Shown here piece after piece: positions 26,139 through 36,169 of a stretch of DNA of 48,207 nt. Each line of letters begins with the position of its first letter. Position 1 is the stretch's first letter. The DNA comes from Bacteroidales bacterium (GTDB taxonomy: Bacteria > Bacteroidota > Bacteroidia > Bacteroidales > VadinHA17), in contig JANNKF010000400.1 of NCBI GenBank assembly GCA_031396165.1, positions 1 to 48,207 of the forward strand, read 5' to 3'. The notes under the pieces were generated by a model that worked only from the letters and a program-made list of their open reading frames with translations, ran no database searches and had not been told where the DNA came from. A program made the translations under genes and the position numbers.

Positions 26139-28757
26139 ATGAAAGACGTTCTTAAAATACTGAAAGTTATTGCTTTACTTACACTAACAGTCTCTGTACT
26201 GCTTTTTTCGGCATCACTGATACTTCAGGATAAAGTAGCAAAAATTGTTCTGACATCTCTTAGCCGTAATTTATCTACTAAACTGGAAGTGGGTTCAGTG
26301 AGATTATCATTTTTACGGAAATTCCCCAAAGCTTCCCTGGAGCTTAGTGATGTTCTTGTCCGCTCCTCAACGGATTTTATCAAAACAGCTTTCAAAGAAA
26401 TTAACACCGATACTCTTCTTTCTGCCAGAAATGTATCGGTCGAATTCAAAATAACAGATATTCTCCGGGGAAATTACACCATCGAAAGTGCCAGCGCAAA
26501 GAATGGAAAAATAAATTTTTACACCGATAATGCCGGGTTTATAAACTACAACATATCAGTAAAAAAACCTGGCAGTGGCAACGGGGATCTGACAATAAAC
26601 CTTGAGAGAATCAATCTGACTGAGATAAAGGCATACTATAACAATCTGGCTACAAAACTGATAATAAACGGTAAAGTTACCAGCGGGAAACTCAAAAGCC
26701 GGATCTCGGGTCAGAATTTTGATTTTATGGCTGAAGCAGAGATGGAAGTTTATAGTTTTCAGCTCTTTAACACCATAATAACTAAAACAATCAATGCCGG
26801 TCTGGAACTTTCACTCCTGAACTCAGAAGAGGGAACTCAGTTTAAAAGGGGAACACTCACCATCGAAGACTTTCAGTTCGGACTCGATGGTTTTATATCA
26901 TCTGAAAACCTGCTGGATCTCAATGTAACCGGTAAGGATGTGAACCTGGCAAAGATCCGTAAATACCTGCCTGAGAAATATTTACTGATGGTTGAAGATT
27001 ATAACCCATCGGGATTACTCGGTGTGAAATGCAAAATTGACGGTCCGCTGACGAGAACGAAAAATCCTCATGTTGAAATCAATACCACACTCAATAACGG
27101 AAAGGTGACCTTCGGTAAGTCAGATATCGTATTGAGTAACCTCTCATTTGCAGGAAACTATTCCAACGGAGCACAAAATAACCTGAAAACAAGTTCAGTT
27201 TCACTAAAAGAGCTGAAAGTAAGACTTGGTACTTCAGATTATACCGGATCTCTGATTATTTCGGGATTTTCGCAACCTGTAACCGACCTGGTTCTGAAGG
27301 GAAGAGTTTTCCCCGGAGATCTTAAGAAGTTTTTTAATATTAAAAGCATTACATTAGCTGAAGGTTCAGTTGATGTTGATATTCAGCTTAATACTAACTT
27401 CTGGCCAAAAGATTCTCTAACTGTAAATGATCTGCTGATACTAAGCCCTGAAGCTAAATTAGAGTTTAATTCATTTTCTTTCGGACTTAAGAATAATAAG
27501 ATGGTTGTTAATAATGTAACAGGAGAAGTTTTGATAACTGATTATGTTAAAGCAAATAATCTTAGTCTGAATTATAAAGGACAGAAAATTAAAGTTGACG
27601 GAGAATTCAGTAATCTGCCTGAGTGGTTATTGGGAAAACCTGTTCGGATGTCAGCAACTGCAGATATCTCATTTAACAGGTTTAATCCTGAAACTTTTAT
27701 GAAGACAATTTCCGCCACTGAAAAATCTTCCATGGGCAAGCCTTCTGCATTCTCGCTGCCAGGAGACCTTATACTTGACATTAACTTTAAAATAGATTCG
27801 CTTATCTATAAGACCTTCAGATCTTCAGATATAGTAGGTACAATTAACTATAAACCCAGGATCCTGACCTTTAAATCTCTGAATATGAATACTTTGAAAG
27901 GCTCGTTTTCAGGTACAGGATTCATTGTTCAGAATATAAGTAAATCGGTTATTGGCCGCGGTAGTTTCGACCTGACTTCAATTGATATTAATGAAACCTT
28001 TAAAACCTTTAACAATTTCGGCCAGACATTCATAAAAGCTGAAAACCTGGCCGGATCGCTTTCCGGATCACTATCCATTCTATTACCAATGGATTCGCTG
28101 CTGAAACCGGATGTAAAATCAGTAACGGCCGAAGGAAAATATATCATCACAAACGGGGGACTTATCAATTTTGAGCCTGTTAAGAAACTATCTGATTTTA
28201 TTGAACTATCGGAGCTCGAAAATATCCATTTTGAAAAACTTGAAAATGATTTTTTTATAAGGAGCAACTTTCTGTATATTCCACAGATGGATATAAAATC
28301 TTCTGCCGCTGACCTTTCGATTAACGGCAAACACGATTTCGACAATAATTACGAGTACCATATTAAGATGCTTTTATCGGAGATCCTGAGCAAAAAAAGA
28401 AAAAGGAGCAAGAGTAATGTAACTGAATTCGGTGTTGTTCAGGATGATGGACTGGGCCGGACATCAATTCTGCTTAAAGTTGAAGGTAAAGGGGAAGTAG
28501 TAAAGGTGGGGTATGATTTAAAAGCTGCCTCTGCCGGAGTTAAGAATAATATTAAGTCGGAGAGGCAGACTTTAAAATCAATTCTTAATCAGGAATACGG
28601 CTGGTACAAAACAGATACAACAATTAAACAGAAACCAGTGGAAAAGAAACCACGGTTCAAAATATCCTGGGATGATGGTGACGGTACAAAAAGTAATGTT
28701 ACTCAACCTGCAGTTAAAAAAGAAAGTGTCGTGAAAAGTATATTAAAAAAGAAATGA
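26139..28757 (+). CDS. AsmA-family (AsmA/TamB-like) envelope protein
   Basis: N-terminal TM anchor, 872 aa of beta-rich repetitive sequence, and a basic C-terminal tail. Family call is by overall pattern only. Confidence 0.55.
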   Translation: MKDVLKILKVIALLTLTVSVLLFSASLILQDKVAKIVLTSLSRNLSTKLEVGSVRLSFLRKFPKASLELSDVLVRSSTDFIKTAFKEINTDTLLSARNVSVEFKITDILRGNYTIESASAKNGKINFYTDNAGFINYNISVKKPGSGNGDLTINLERINLTEIKAYYNNLATKLIINGKVTSGKLKSRISGQNFDFMAEAEMEVYSFQLFNTIITKTINAGLELSLLNSEEGTQFKRGTLTIEDFQFGLDGFISSENLLDLNVTGKDVNLAKIRKYLPEKYLLMVEDYNPSGLLGVKCKIDGPLTRTKNPHVEINTTLNNGKVTFGKSDIVLSNLSFAGNYSNGAQNNLKTSSVSLKELKVRLGTSDYTGSLIISGFSQPVTDLVLKGRVFPGDLKKFFNIKSITLAEGSVDVDIQLNTNFWPKDSLTVNDLLILSPEAKLEFNSFSFGLKNNKMVVNNVTGEVLITDYVKANNLSLNYKGQKIKVDGEFSNLPEWLLGKPVRMSATADISFNRFNPETFMKTISATEKSSMGKPSAFSLPGDLILDINFKIDSLIYKTFRSSDIVGTINYKPRILTFKSLNMNTLKGSFSGTGFIVQNISKSVIGRGSFDLTSIDINETFKTFNNFGQTFIKAENLAGSLSGSLSILLPMDSLLKPDVKSVTAEGKYIITNGGLINFEPVKKLSDFIELSELENIHFEKLENDFFIRSNFLYIPQMDIKSSAADLSINGKHDFDNNYEYHIKMLLSEILSKKRKRSKSNVTEFGVVQDDGLGRTSILLKVEGKGEVVKVGYDLKAASAGVKNNIKSERQTLKSILNQEYGWYKTDTTIKQKPVEKKPRFKISWDDGDGTKSNVTQPAVKKESVVKSILKKK

Positions 28758-29911
28758 AATTTTTCCGGAACAAAAATCGCTGGAAGCTCTTCCTGCTTCT
28801 GTTTGCTGTCTCAATCGGGATGGGATCTCTGATTTATACCGAAAACCTTGTCAAAAAACTCAAAGTTGAGGAGAGAGAAAATATTGAGATGTGGTCGGAA
28901 GCCCAGAGACTTTTATCACTTGCCGATACAAGCCAGAATGTTGATTTCCTTTTTTCCATAATCGAGAATAATAATACTGTTCCCGTAATTCTTACAGATG
29001 AAAATGACAGTATAATAGCTGCCCGTAACTTTGATGAATCAAAGCTTGGAGATCCGGAATATCTTAAAAAAAATCTTAAGAATATCAAAGAGAAGAACAA
29101 GCCGATTGTAAATAACCTCGAGCAAGGTCATTTTAATCTAATCTACTATAAGGACAGTATCATCCTCACGATGCTAATCTACTATCCGTATGTGCAGCTC
29201 GGAATTATTATCATGTTCATTCTGGTTTCCTATCTTGCCTTCAGCTCTTCCAGGAAGGCCGAACAAAATCAGGTGTGGGTAGGTATGTCCAAAGAGACCG
29301 CACATCAGCTGGGGACACCCACATCTTCGCTTGCAGGCTGGATAGAGATCCTTCAACAGAAATATCCTGAGATTTCAATTACAAAAGAGCTTGCACTTGA
29401 TGTTCAGAGACTTGAAAAAGTTACTGAAAGATTTTCAAGAATAGGCAGCAAACCTGCTCTGTTAGATGAAAACGTTGTTCTAATAATTATGAGGACAATC
29501 GAATATCTGAAATTAAGAAGTTCTTCTAAAGTAAAGTTCATCAACGATTTCTGCATAAGTAAAGAGCTCTTTGTTCCACTGAATTCCGCTCTTTTTGAAT
29601 GGGTTATCGAAAATGTTTCTAAAAATGCCATCGATGCCATGGAAGGCAATGGTGAAATTACCATCCGTATTACGGAAACCGATAAAACCGCATTGATCGA
29701 TATTACAGATACAGGAAAAGGGATTCCAAAATCGGCATTCAAGAAAATATTCACACCGGGATTCACGACAAAGCAGCGAGGTTGGGGACTTGGTCTTTCT
29801 CTCGCCAAAAGGATAATAGAGGAGTATCACAGTGGTAAGATTTTTGTCAGAAATTCAGAGGTTGGAAAGGGTTCGTGCATCAGGATCATCATGAATAAGA
29901 AAAAGGGATGA
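28754..29911 (+). CDS. Sensor histidine kinase (two TM helices, periplasmic loop, HisKA plus HATPase)
   Basis: H-box ETAHQLGTPTSSL, N-box ENVSKNAIDAM, G1 DTGKGI and G2 GWGLGL. ATGA overlaps at both ends. Confidence 0.85.
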   Translation: MKFFRNKNRWKLFLLLFAVSIGMGSLIYTENLVKKLKVEERENIEMWSEAQRLLSLADTSQNVDFLFSIIENNNTVPVILTDENDSIIAARNFDESKLGDPEYLKKNLKNIKEKNKPIVNNLEQGHFNLIYYKDSIILTMLIYYPYVQLGIIIMFILVSYLAFSSSRKAEQNQVWVGMSKETAHQLGTPTSSLAGWIEILQQKYPEISITKELALDVQRLEKVTERFSRIGSKPALLDENVVLIIMRTIEYLKLRSSSKVKFINDFCISKELFVPLNSALFEWVIENVSKNAIDAMEGNGEITIRITETDKTALIDITDTGKGIPKSAFKKIFTPGFTTKQRGWGLGLSLAKRIIEEYHSGKIFVRNSEVGKGSCIRIIMNKKKG

Positions 29912-31164
29912 GCCGGAAAGACATTGAAATTATGGCTCCTGCCGGCTCCTACGATTCGCTTATGGCAGCGATACAGGGCGGTGCCGACTCGGTATATTTC
30001 GGAGTCGAACAGCTAAATATGCGGGCCGCCTCATCGAATAATTTTTCGATAGAGGACCTCAGAAAAATTGTTTCAATCTGCCGGAAGAACGGTCTGAAGA
30101 GTTATCTGACAGTGAATGTGGTAATTTACGATCACGAGATTGAACAGATGCATCAGATTGTTGATGCTGCAGCGGAAAGCGGTGTAACGGCGGTAATCGC
30201 ATCCGATCTTTCTGTAATTAATTATGCTTTCTCCAGAGGAATTGAAATCCATCTTTCAACACAACTAAATATAACAAATATTGAAGCCCTGAAATTTTAT
30301 TCGCAATGGGCCGATGTGGCGGTACTCGCAAGAGAACTTAATATTGACCAGGTAAAACATATATATAACTGCATACGGGATCAGAATATCAGGGGGCCGA
30401 AAGGAGAGCTAATTAAAATTGAGATGTTCGTGCACGGGGCACTCTGTATGGCCATTTCCGGCAAGTGTTATCTGAGCCTGCATGAAAACAATAAATCAGC
30501 CAACAGGGGTGAATGCTACCAGACCTGTCGTAAATCGTATATAGTAACCGGGAAGGAATCGGGCTATGAGCTCGAGATAGACAATGAATATATAATGTCG
30601 CCGAAGGATCTCTGCACAATCGGATTTCTTGATAAACTGATTGATGCCGGTGTGAGGGTTCTTAAAATTGAAGGCAGGGCCCGATCGGCAGAATATGTAA
30701 AGGAGGTATCGAAGTGTTATGATGAAGCTGTTAATTCAATAACAGAAGGTTCATTTACGGTCGAAAAAACATTTATCTGGAGAGAGAGGCTGGCAACTGT
30801 ATTTAACAGGGGATTCTGGGATGGTTACTATCTTGGACAGAAGATGGGTGAATGGAACACAAATTACGGATCGAGCGCCACAAAACGAAAACTATATATC
30901 GGAAAGGTTACAAATTATTTCAGGAAACTTAATGTAGCAGAAATAAAACTCGAAAATGGTGATCTGAGCATAGGTGACACAATTCTCATAACCGGGCCCA
31001 CAACAGGCGTTGTTGAATATACTGCAGCAGAGATCAGAGTGGATCTGAAAGTAACAGAAAAGGCTTTAAAAGGGGACCTGTGCTCAATAAAAACGGAGGA
31101 TTTTCTACGGAGGTCAGATAAGGTTTATAAATGGGTCGACGCCAGCGAAGTGAAAAACCAGTAA
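29908..31164 (+). CDS. Peptidase U32 family protein (RlhA/TrhP/UbiU-like)
   Basis: U32 signature EMFVHGALCMAISGKCYLS. Confidence 0.88.
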   Translation: MSRKDIEIMAPAGSYDSLMAAIQGGADSVYFGVEQLNMRAASSNNFSIEDLRKIVSICRKNGLKSYLTVNVVIYDHEIEQMHQIVDAAAESGVTAVIASDLSVINYAFSRGIEIHLSTQLNITNIEALKFYSQWADVAVLARELNIDQVKHIYNCIRDQNIRGPKGELIKIEMFVHGALCMAISGKCYLSLHENNKSANRGECYQTCRKSYIVTGKESGYELEIDNEYIMSPKDLCTIGFLDKLIDAGVRVLKIEGRARSAEYVKEVSKCYDEAVNSITEGSFTVEKTFIWRERLATVFNRGFWDGYYLGQKMGEWNTNYGSSATKRKLYIGKVTNYFRKLNVAEIKLENGDLSIGDTILITGPTTGVVEYTAAEIRVDLKVTEKALKGDLCSIKTEDFLRRSDKVYKWVDASEVKNQ

Positions 31165-31173
31165 AAAGAAACC

Positions 31174-32202
31174 TCACCACGAAATTTTACGGGCAGCATC
31201 CAGAATTCTCATACCATTTTCCTCAACATCATCTGAATCAGTTTCAAGATAAATAAGGTTTTCTTTCCTTTTTTTACTCAGTCCGTACATATATGCTTTA
31301 TCATAGTAATGAAGGGATATTTCAATCGCTTTTGCAATATCGCCTGCCTCAACTGCATTAATTGCATCCCTGGTATTATCGCCCCCGAGTCTTTTACTGA
31401 TCTTCAATATTGAGGCTTTAAGCAATTCAGGCGGATAGGCCGAGTATTCAATCATTAGTCTTGGCAACCTTGTTTTAACATCCATCATCAGTATGATCGC
31501 CGTCGTATCCTGCATGTTTCCATAGAACCCATCAGGAATAAACACAGTTCCGATATTCCGGCTTTCATCTTCAACCCAAAGAGGTTTAGCAGTGTCGATG
31601 CGCCTCCATTCATTGAACAGATCATTCCCAAATTGTTCCGTAGTAGGCTGAGGCGGCTGGCCCAGCGAGCCGAAAGCCGATCCTTTATGATTTGCAAGTC
31701 CCTCAAGATCAATTACCTGCTCCCCCCTGGTCCTTAGAAACCTTAAAATATGAGTTTTACTGCTCCCCGTCATTCCACCCAATACAATCATTTTCCGTTT
31801 CTGTGATACAGATTCGAGAATGTGATTTCTGTAAGCTTTATACCCACCTTCAAGGACTTCGGCTTGAATGTCACCCAGGGAAAAGAGCCAGGCTATAGCC
31901 TCCGAGCGCATGCCACCTCTCCAGCAATGTACCAGTAATCTGCCTTCCCCGGATATCTTAAGGGCAAGATCAAGTTTCTGCGACATCGACGGACCAGAAA
32001 GTCTCAACCCTTCAAGGATTGCCGGAACCCTTCCCTCCTTCTTAAATTTGGTGCCTACAACAGCCCTCTCATCATCATCGAATAATGCAATATTTACGGC
32101 TCCCGGAATATGTCCTGCCAGGTATTCTGATGGTGATCTGACATCTGCGATTGGTATGCTGTCAGCAAGATTGAGGAAAGCTGCTACATCAATTTTCTTC
32201 AA
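31174..32202 (-). CDS. selU: tRNA 2-selenouridine synthase
   Basis: N-terminal rhodanese domain with HCWRGGMRS, a P-loop GGMTGSSKT, and a good match to the SelU N-terminus (IADVRSPSEY..HIPGAVNI). TTG start. Confidence 0.85.
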   Translation of the reverse strand: MKKIDVAAFLNLADSIPIADVRSPSEYLAGHIPGAVNIALFDDDERAVVGTKFKKEGRVPAILEGLRLSGPSMSQKLDLALKISGEGRLLVHCWRGGMRSEAIAWLFSLGDIQAEVLEGGYKAYRNHILESVSQKRKMIVLGGMTGSSKTHILRFLRTRGEQVIDLEGLANHKGSAFGSLGQPPQPTTEQFGNDLFNEWRRIDTAKPLWVEDESRNIGTVFIPDGFYGNMQDTTAIILMMDVKTRLPRLMIEYSAYPPELLKASILKISKRLGGDNTRDAINAVEAGDIAKAIEISLHYYDKAYMYGLSKKRKENLIYLETDSDDVEENGMRILDAARKISW

Positions 32203-35048
32203 TGCTTTTGCTTTTTGAAATATTTTGCAAAAAGTCTTTTAAGCTCTTCCATCCTCACGGGTTTTGAAATAAAATCCTTAATCCCTGACAGTTCTGCTTT
32301 TCTTTTCGACTCAGGCATATTATCGGCTGTAAAAGCTACAATGATTACAGATTTGTCATATACAAGTATCTTTTGTGCCGACTCAAAGCCATCCATTTCG
32401 GGCATAATAAGATCCATGAAAATAAGGTCATATTTTTTAATTTTAGCCTGAATATATCCGGCATAACCATTGTCGGCAATGTCAAATTTATAACCCAGAT
32501 TCGCCAGCATCTTTCCGATTACCTTCTGATTCATTTTATTATCCTCTACTATCAGGATATTGATATCATTTCGCATGTCAGCAATATCGGTTGATGAGGA
32601 TATGTCCTCAAGATACGGGAAACAGCTTTTTATTATATTGATAAGTTCGTTGATATCAAACGGTTTGAGAAGGTAGTGATCTATGCCCATTGTAACACAG
32701 TTCATGTAGTTTCCTTTCTTATCATTTGAACTTATCATAAGAATGATGAAATTCCCGGAAAGTTTGCTTTCCCAAATTCCCTTTGCCGCTTCAAACCCAT
32801 TGAAACTTTCATCATCAAATATTATTATCAGGTTGTATTTGTCGTCAGGATAGTTTTGATTTGCTTTGATCTGGTTAACAGTCGTTTTCATGAATGTTGT
32901 TATGTTAACTGTCAGCCCTATTCTATGTAATGTACCAAGAATTTCTTCATCACGGTTTTGACTTCCGGTTATTACAAGGGTTTTTATGCGGTCGAAAGAT
33001 TTTATATTCTCAAGTGAAAGATCTTTAGGAGGTCTTTCATTTGAGTAAACAACTATCGTAAACGACACGCTGGTTCCTGCATCACCAACCAGTCCAGAAG
33101 GAGAAACAGCATTAAGTTCTCCGCCCATGAGAACAACCAGTTGTTTTGCCAGAATTGTTCCGAATCCCGATTCATCATTTAACCTGACAACTTTAGATTC
33201 AATGTCTACAAAATCACCAAATATCTTTTTCAGGGTCGATTTATCAAAACTCTGTCCGGAATCCTGCAATTCAAAACCAAGGGTAACAGTACCGTTACTT
33301 TTACTTTTAACCGAACACTTCAGCCTGACCTCTCCCTTTTCAGTATTTTTAATGGAATTATTAAGGAGGTTTGTAAGTATTTGCCTGAGCCTGAACGGAT
33401 CTCCAATTACACTTTCCGGGGTATTATCATTTACCTGGCAAACCAGTTCAATTCCCGACTGGGGAATATTGGTTCGTGCAAGATCAATGCAATAAGTAAT
33501 CTCTTCCCTTAAATTATAAGGAATCTCATCGAGAAGCATTTTTCCAGATTCGATTTTTGAAAAGTCAAGTATATCATTAATTATATTCAGAAGTACCTCT
33601 GTTGATCTCCGTAACAGGCTTACAATATCCTTAACATCATCAGATAGTTCGTATTTGGAGAGAACATCGGTCATTCCCACAATTCCATTCAATGGGGTCC
33701 TTATTTCATAGCTCATTCTGGCAAGAAATTCAGATTTTGCAACATTTGCTTTTGCTTCCTGTTTCCGAGCAGACTCAAGCATAGTAACATCGATCAGGAT
33801 TTCCATTGTTGCCTCTTCACCCAGGAAGTTGACAGGGATGCTGTTCCTGTAAAGGACGATTTCCCCAATCTCTTTTTTGATTATCACAAACTGGTCGGGT
33901 TGAAAAGAACTACCAAGATTTTTCGAGAAATAGTCGCTGTTGCCGGGAAGATTCGTTTCGGGAAATATTTTTCCTTTCATCTCAATTTCGGAAGGATAGG
34001 AATAGAGATTTGCAGCAACAGAATTGGCCTTAATAATTTCCCTGTTTCTGTTATGGATCAAAATTCCGACAGGCATCTCATCGATTAGTTTGAACAGCAT
34101 ATTCTCGGAAGCCCTCAACCTCTCCATTTCTGATTTTTGCGATTTAAGGTAGCGCCAGAATGCCAGAATTATTAACTGGATAAGCAAGAGAGTGCCCAGC
34201 ACAATAAATACAGAGTTTCTGATTATATATTTCTGGAACAACTCGGTTTTTGATGAAAAAATCAGTCCAAGGTCTCTTTCAAGAAGAAAGGAGGAATAAT
34301 ATGATGAAATTATTTCCTGTGATTTTCCGTTTATAATCACGTTATGAGTGATATCATCATTGGATCCGGCGGCGATACTTTCGCCTATTTCAATCAGCTT
34401 TGTATACCTGCCGGTTTCTCCCGGGTTATAAGGATAATTATCATAAACGATCTCACCTGAATCAGTTACAACCGATTGCCACTGATAATCCTGAAGATTA
34501 AAAGCGGTGAATATTTCTTTAAAGTATTTCTCGTAATCTACTGTAACAACAAGATTTCCAACTGTCTGATTTGTTTCCGGATCTATTACCGGCTGATAAA
34601 AGTTGAATTGATTGTTTTCCTGAACAAGTTGTTCCCTCTCCGAGATCGCACCCTGCTCCTGACGCAGGTACGGATCCTGCTCCAGCCATTCTTTTGTGTC
34701 GGCATCCTGTTTTAAGGTATATTCATTTTTATTGTTGTCAGATAGTCTTATCCCTGTTACAATTTCCTGGTTCTTTGAAAAAAACCATTTCATTTTATCC
34801 CTAATCCGGTATTGATATTCTGTATCAGTAAAGAAGCGTGCTATGTCCTCATTAAAAAATATCTGATTTATTTCGCTTCTGAAACCAGTGTTGGTTTCAT
34901 CCACTGATTGGCCAACAAGCTGAACCTGACGTCCAAGCAATTCAGTAATATATTGTATCTGCTTGTTATAAAGATTCTTATAATAAAAATAATTGGCAAG
35001 CATTATTATCAGAAATGCTGAATAAACAATAATTAGGACTCTTTTCAT
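32199..35048 (-). CDS. Hybrid sensor histidine kinase with two C-terminal receiver-like domains
   Basis: TM, periplasmic domain, TM, PAS-like region, H-box SYEIRTPLNG and HATPase. Then a degenerate receiver followed by a canonical receiver (LIVEDN...IFMDLIMPEMDG...SKP). Start moved to Met30 (MKRVLIIV). Confidence 0.85.
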   Translation of the reverse strand: MKRVLIIVYSAFLIIMLANYFYYKNLYNKQIQYITELLGRQVQLVGQSVDETNTGFRSEINQIFFNEDIARFFTDTEYQYRIRDKMKWFFSKNQEIVTGIRLSDNNKNEYTLKQDADTKEWLEQDPYLRQEQGAISEREQLVQENNQFNFYQPVIDPETNQTVGNLVVTVDYEKYFKEIFTAFNLQDYQWQSVVTDSGEIVYDNYPYNPGETGRYTKLIEIGESIAAGSNDDITHNVIINGKSQEIISSYYSSFLLERDLGLIFSSKTELFQKYIIRNSVFIVLGTLLLIQLIILAFWRYLKSQKSEMERLRASENMLFKLIDEMPVGILIHNRNREIIKANSVAANLYSYPSEIEMKGKIFPETNLPGNSDYFSKNLGSSFQPDQFVIIKKEIGEIVLYRNSIPVNFLGEEATMEILIDVTMLESARKQEAKANVAKSEFLARMSYEIRTPLNGIVGMTDVLSKYELSDDVKDIVSLLRRSTEVLLNIINDILDFSKIESGKMLLDEIPYNLREEITYCIDLARTNIPQSGIELVCQVNDNTPESVIGDPFRLRQILTNLLNNSIKNTEKGEVRLKCSVKSKSNGTVTLGFELQDSGQSFDKSTLKKIFGDFVDIESKVVRLNDESGFGTILAKQLVVLMGGELNAVSPSGLVGDAGTSVSFTIVVYSNERPPKDLSLENIKSFDRIKTLVITGSQNRDEEILGTLHRIGLTVNITTFMKTTVNQIKANQNYPDDKYNLIIIFDDESFNGFEAAKGIWESKLSGNFIILMISSNDKKGNYMNCVTMGIDHYLLKPFDINELINIIKSCFPYLEDISSSTDIADMRNDINILIVEDNKMNQKVIGKMLANLGYKFDIADNGYAGYIQAKIKKYDLIFMDLIMPEMDGFESAQKILVYDKSVIIVAFTADNMPESKRKAELSGIKDFISKPVRMEELKRLFAKYFKKQKH

Positions 35049-35072
35049 CTGATTAATATGTTTGTCTGGAGG

Positions 35073-35080
35073 CAAATATA
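35073..35080 (-). promoter_or_regulatory. Candidate -7 box (TATATTTG on minus) for the hybrid kinase-selU unit
   Basis: TAnnTTTG match 24 nt upstream of the Met30 start. It lies inside the longer ORF-track version. Confidence 0.4.
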
Positions 35081-35109
35081 AAGATATGCTTAATACAATG
35101 ATGTACAGG

Positions 35110-36036
35110 TTATCGGTATTTCCGGTTATCCTCATCCATAATGTTCAGATAACTCTTATACCTTAGAAAGTCTATGTCACCAACCTCCACTGCTTTTCTC
35201 ACAGCGCATCCCGGCTCATCAAGGTGAAGGCAATTATTGAACCGGCACTCCTTTGAGACGATGAATATTTCGCGGAAGAAGTGATATATTTCATTCTTTT
35301 CCATATCGACCACTCCGAAACCTCTTATTCCGGGCGTATCTATAACAAATCCGCCAAAGGGCATCCGGTGCATTTCCGGGAAAGTAGTAATATGCTTACC
35401 CTGTTTATGATAGTCAGAGATCTCAGCGGTTTTAAGATTGAATCCCGGACAAAGTGTATTAAGAAGCGTTGTTTTTCCCACACCTGAATATCCTGAAATA
35501 AGACTGATTTTATCCTTCATCTGTTCAATAAGTGCAGACAGGCTGGTTTTGTCAAAAATTGAAAGTCTTATACATTCATATCCTATCTTACCATACAGTG
35601 ATTCAAGATAGGTCATTATTTTAATTTCAGCCTCCCCGTAGAGATCTGTTTTATTGATGATTATCCTGGCAGGTATCCTGTAGGCTTCAGCCGTTATAAG
35701 AAATCTGTCGATAAATTCCATAGGTGTTTCAGGCATTATTATCGTAACCATCAGATAAACCTGATCGATGTTTGCTGCAATAATCTGTGAGTGCCGTGAC
35801 AGATTTGTTGACTTGCGAAGCATGTAATTCCTGCGGTCAAGCACCTCAGTAATGATGCCGGTATTATTCTTCTTATCAAGCTCAAACAGGACATTATCCC
35901 CAACAGCTATAGGATTAGTTGTACGGAGTTCTTTAATCCTCAGTTTACCCTTAACCGAGCAGTCAAGTACAAGACCGTCGGTGTGGAGCACCTTGTAATT
36001 ACTGCCTGTGGATTTTAAGACGACTCCCTTTTCCAA
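35110..36036 (-). CDS. rsgA: Ribosome small-subunit-dependent GTPase A
   Basis: G-motifs NKTDL and GYSGVGKTTLLN, and a zinc knuckle CRFNNCLHLDEPGC. Start set to TTG 36036 (xEKGVVLKSTGSNY) and remains uncertain. Confidence 0.85.
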   Translation of the reverse strand: MEKGVVLKSTGSNYKVLHTDGLVLDCSVKGKLRIKELRTTNPIAVGDNVLFELDKKNNTGIITEVLDRRNYMLRKSTNLSRHSQIIAANIDQVYLMVTIIMPETPMEFIDRFLITAEAYRIPARIIINKTDLYGEAEIKIMTYLESLYGKIGYECIRLSIFDKTSLSALIEQMKDKISLISGYSGVGKTTLLNTLCPGFNLKTAEISDYHKQGKHITTFPEMHRMPFGGFVIDTPGIRGFGVVDMEKNEIYHFFREIFIVSKECRFNNCLHLDEPGCAVRKAVEVGDIDFLRYKSYLNIMDEDNRKYR

Positions 36037-36053
36037 GTGAAAATTATTTGTGA

Positions 36054-36061
36054 CAAATGTA
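36054..36061 (-). promoter_or_regulatory. Candidate -7 box (TACATTTG on minus) for rsgA
   Basis: TAnnTTTG match 17 nt upstream of the TTG at 36036. Confidence 0.35.
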
Positions 36062-36088
36062 AATATTCCTTTGGAATATATTAAAGAG

Positions 36089-36140
36089 GGTAGAGACGTC
36101 ACAATAAAACAGGTAGAGACGTCATGCATGACGTCTCTAC
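36089..36140. repeat. Perfect 28-nt palindrome GTAGAGACGTCATG/CATGACGTCTCTAC plus an upstream half-copy
   Basis: Palindrome at 36113-36140. Half-copy GGTAGAGACGTCA at 36089-36101 repeats 36112-36124. Confidence 0.9.
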
Positions 36141-36169
36141 ACCAAGGAATAAAATATAATATTTATCAC

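Noticed and set aside
35049-35135. 29-codon N-terminal extension of the hybrid kinase, overlapping the rsgA 3' end
   Set aside because: Met30 is followed at once by the first TM helix, and a TATATTTG box lies inside the extension. The overlap with rsgA disappears with the shorter start.
36037-36129. 31-codon N-terminal extension of rsgA
   Set aside because: The ATG sits in the centre of the 28-nt palindrome and the extension is encoded by repeat DNA. A -7 box lies inside it and the RsgA-like sequence begins at EKGVVLKSTG.
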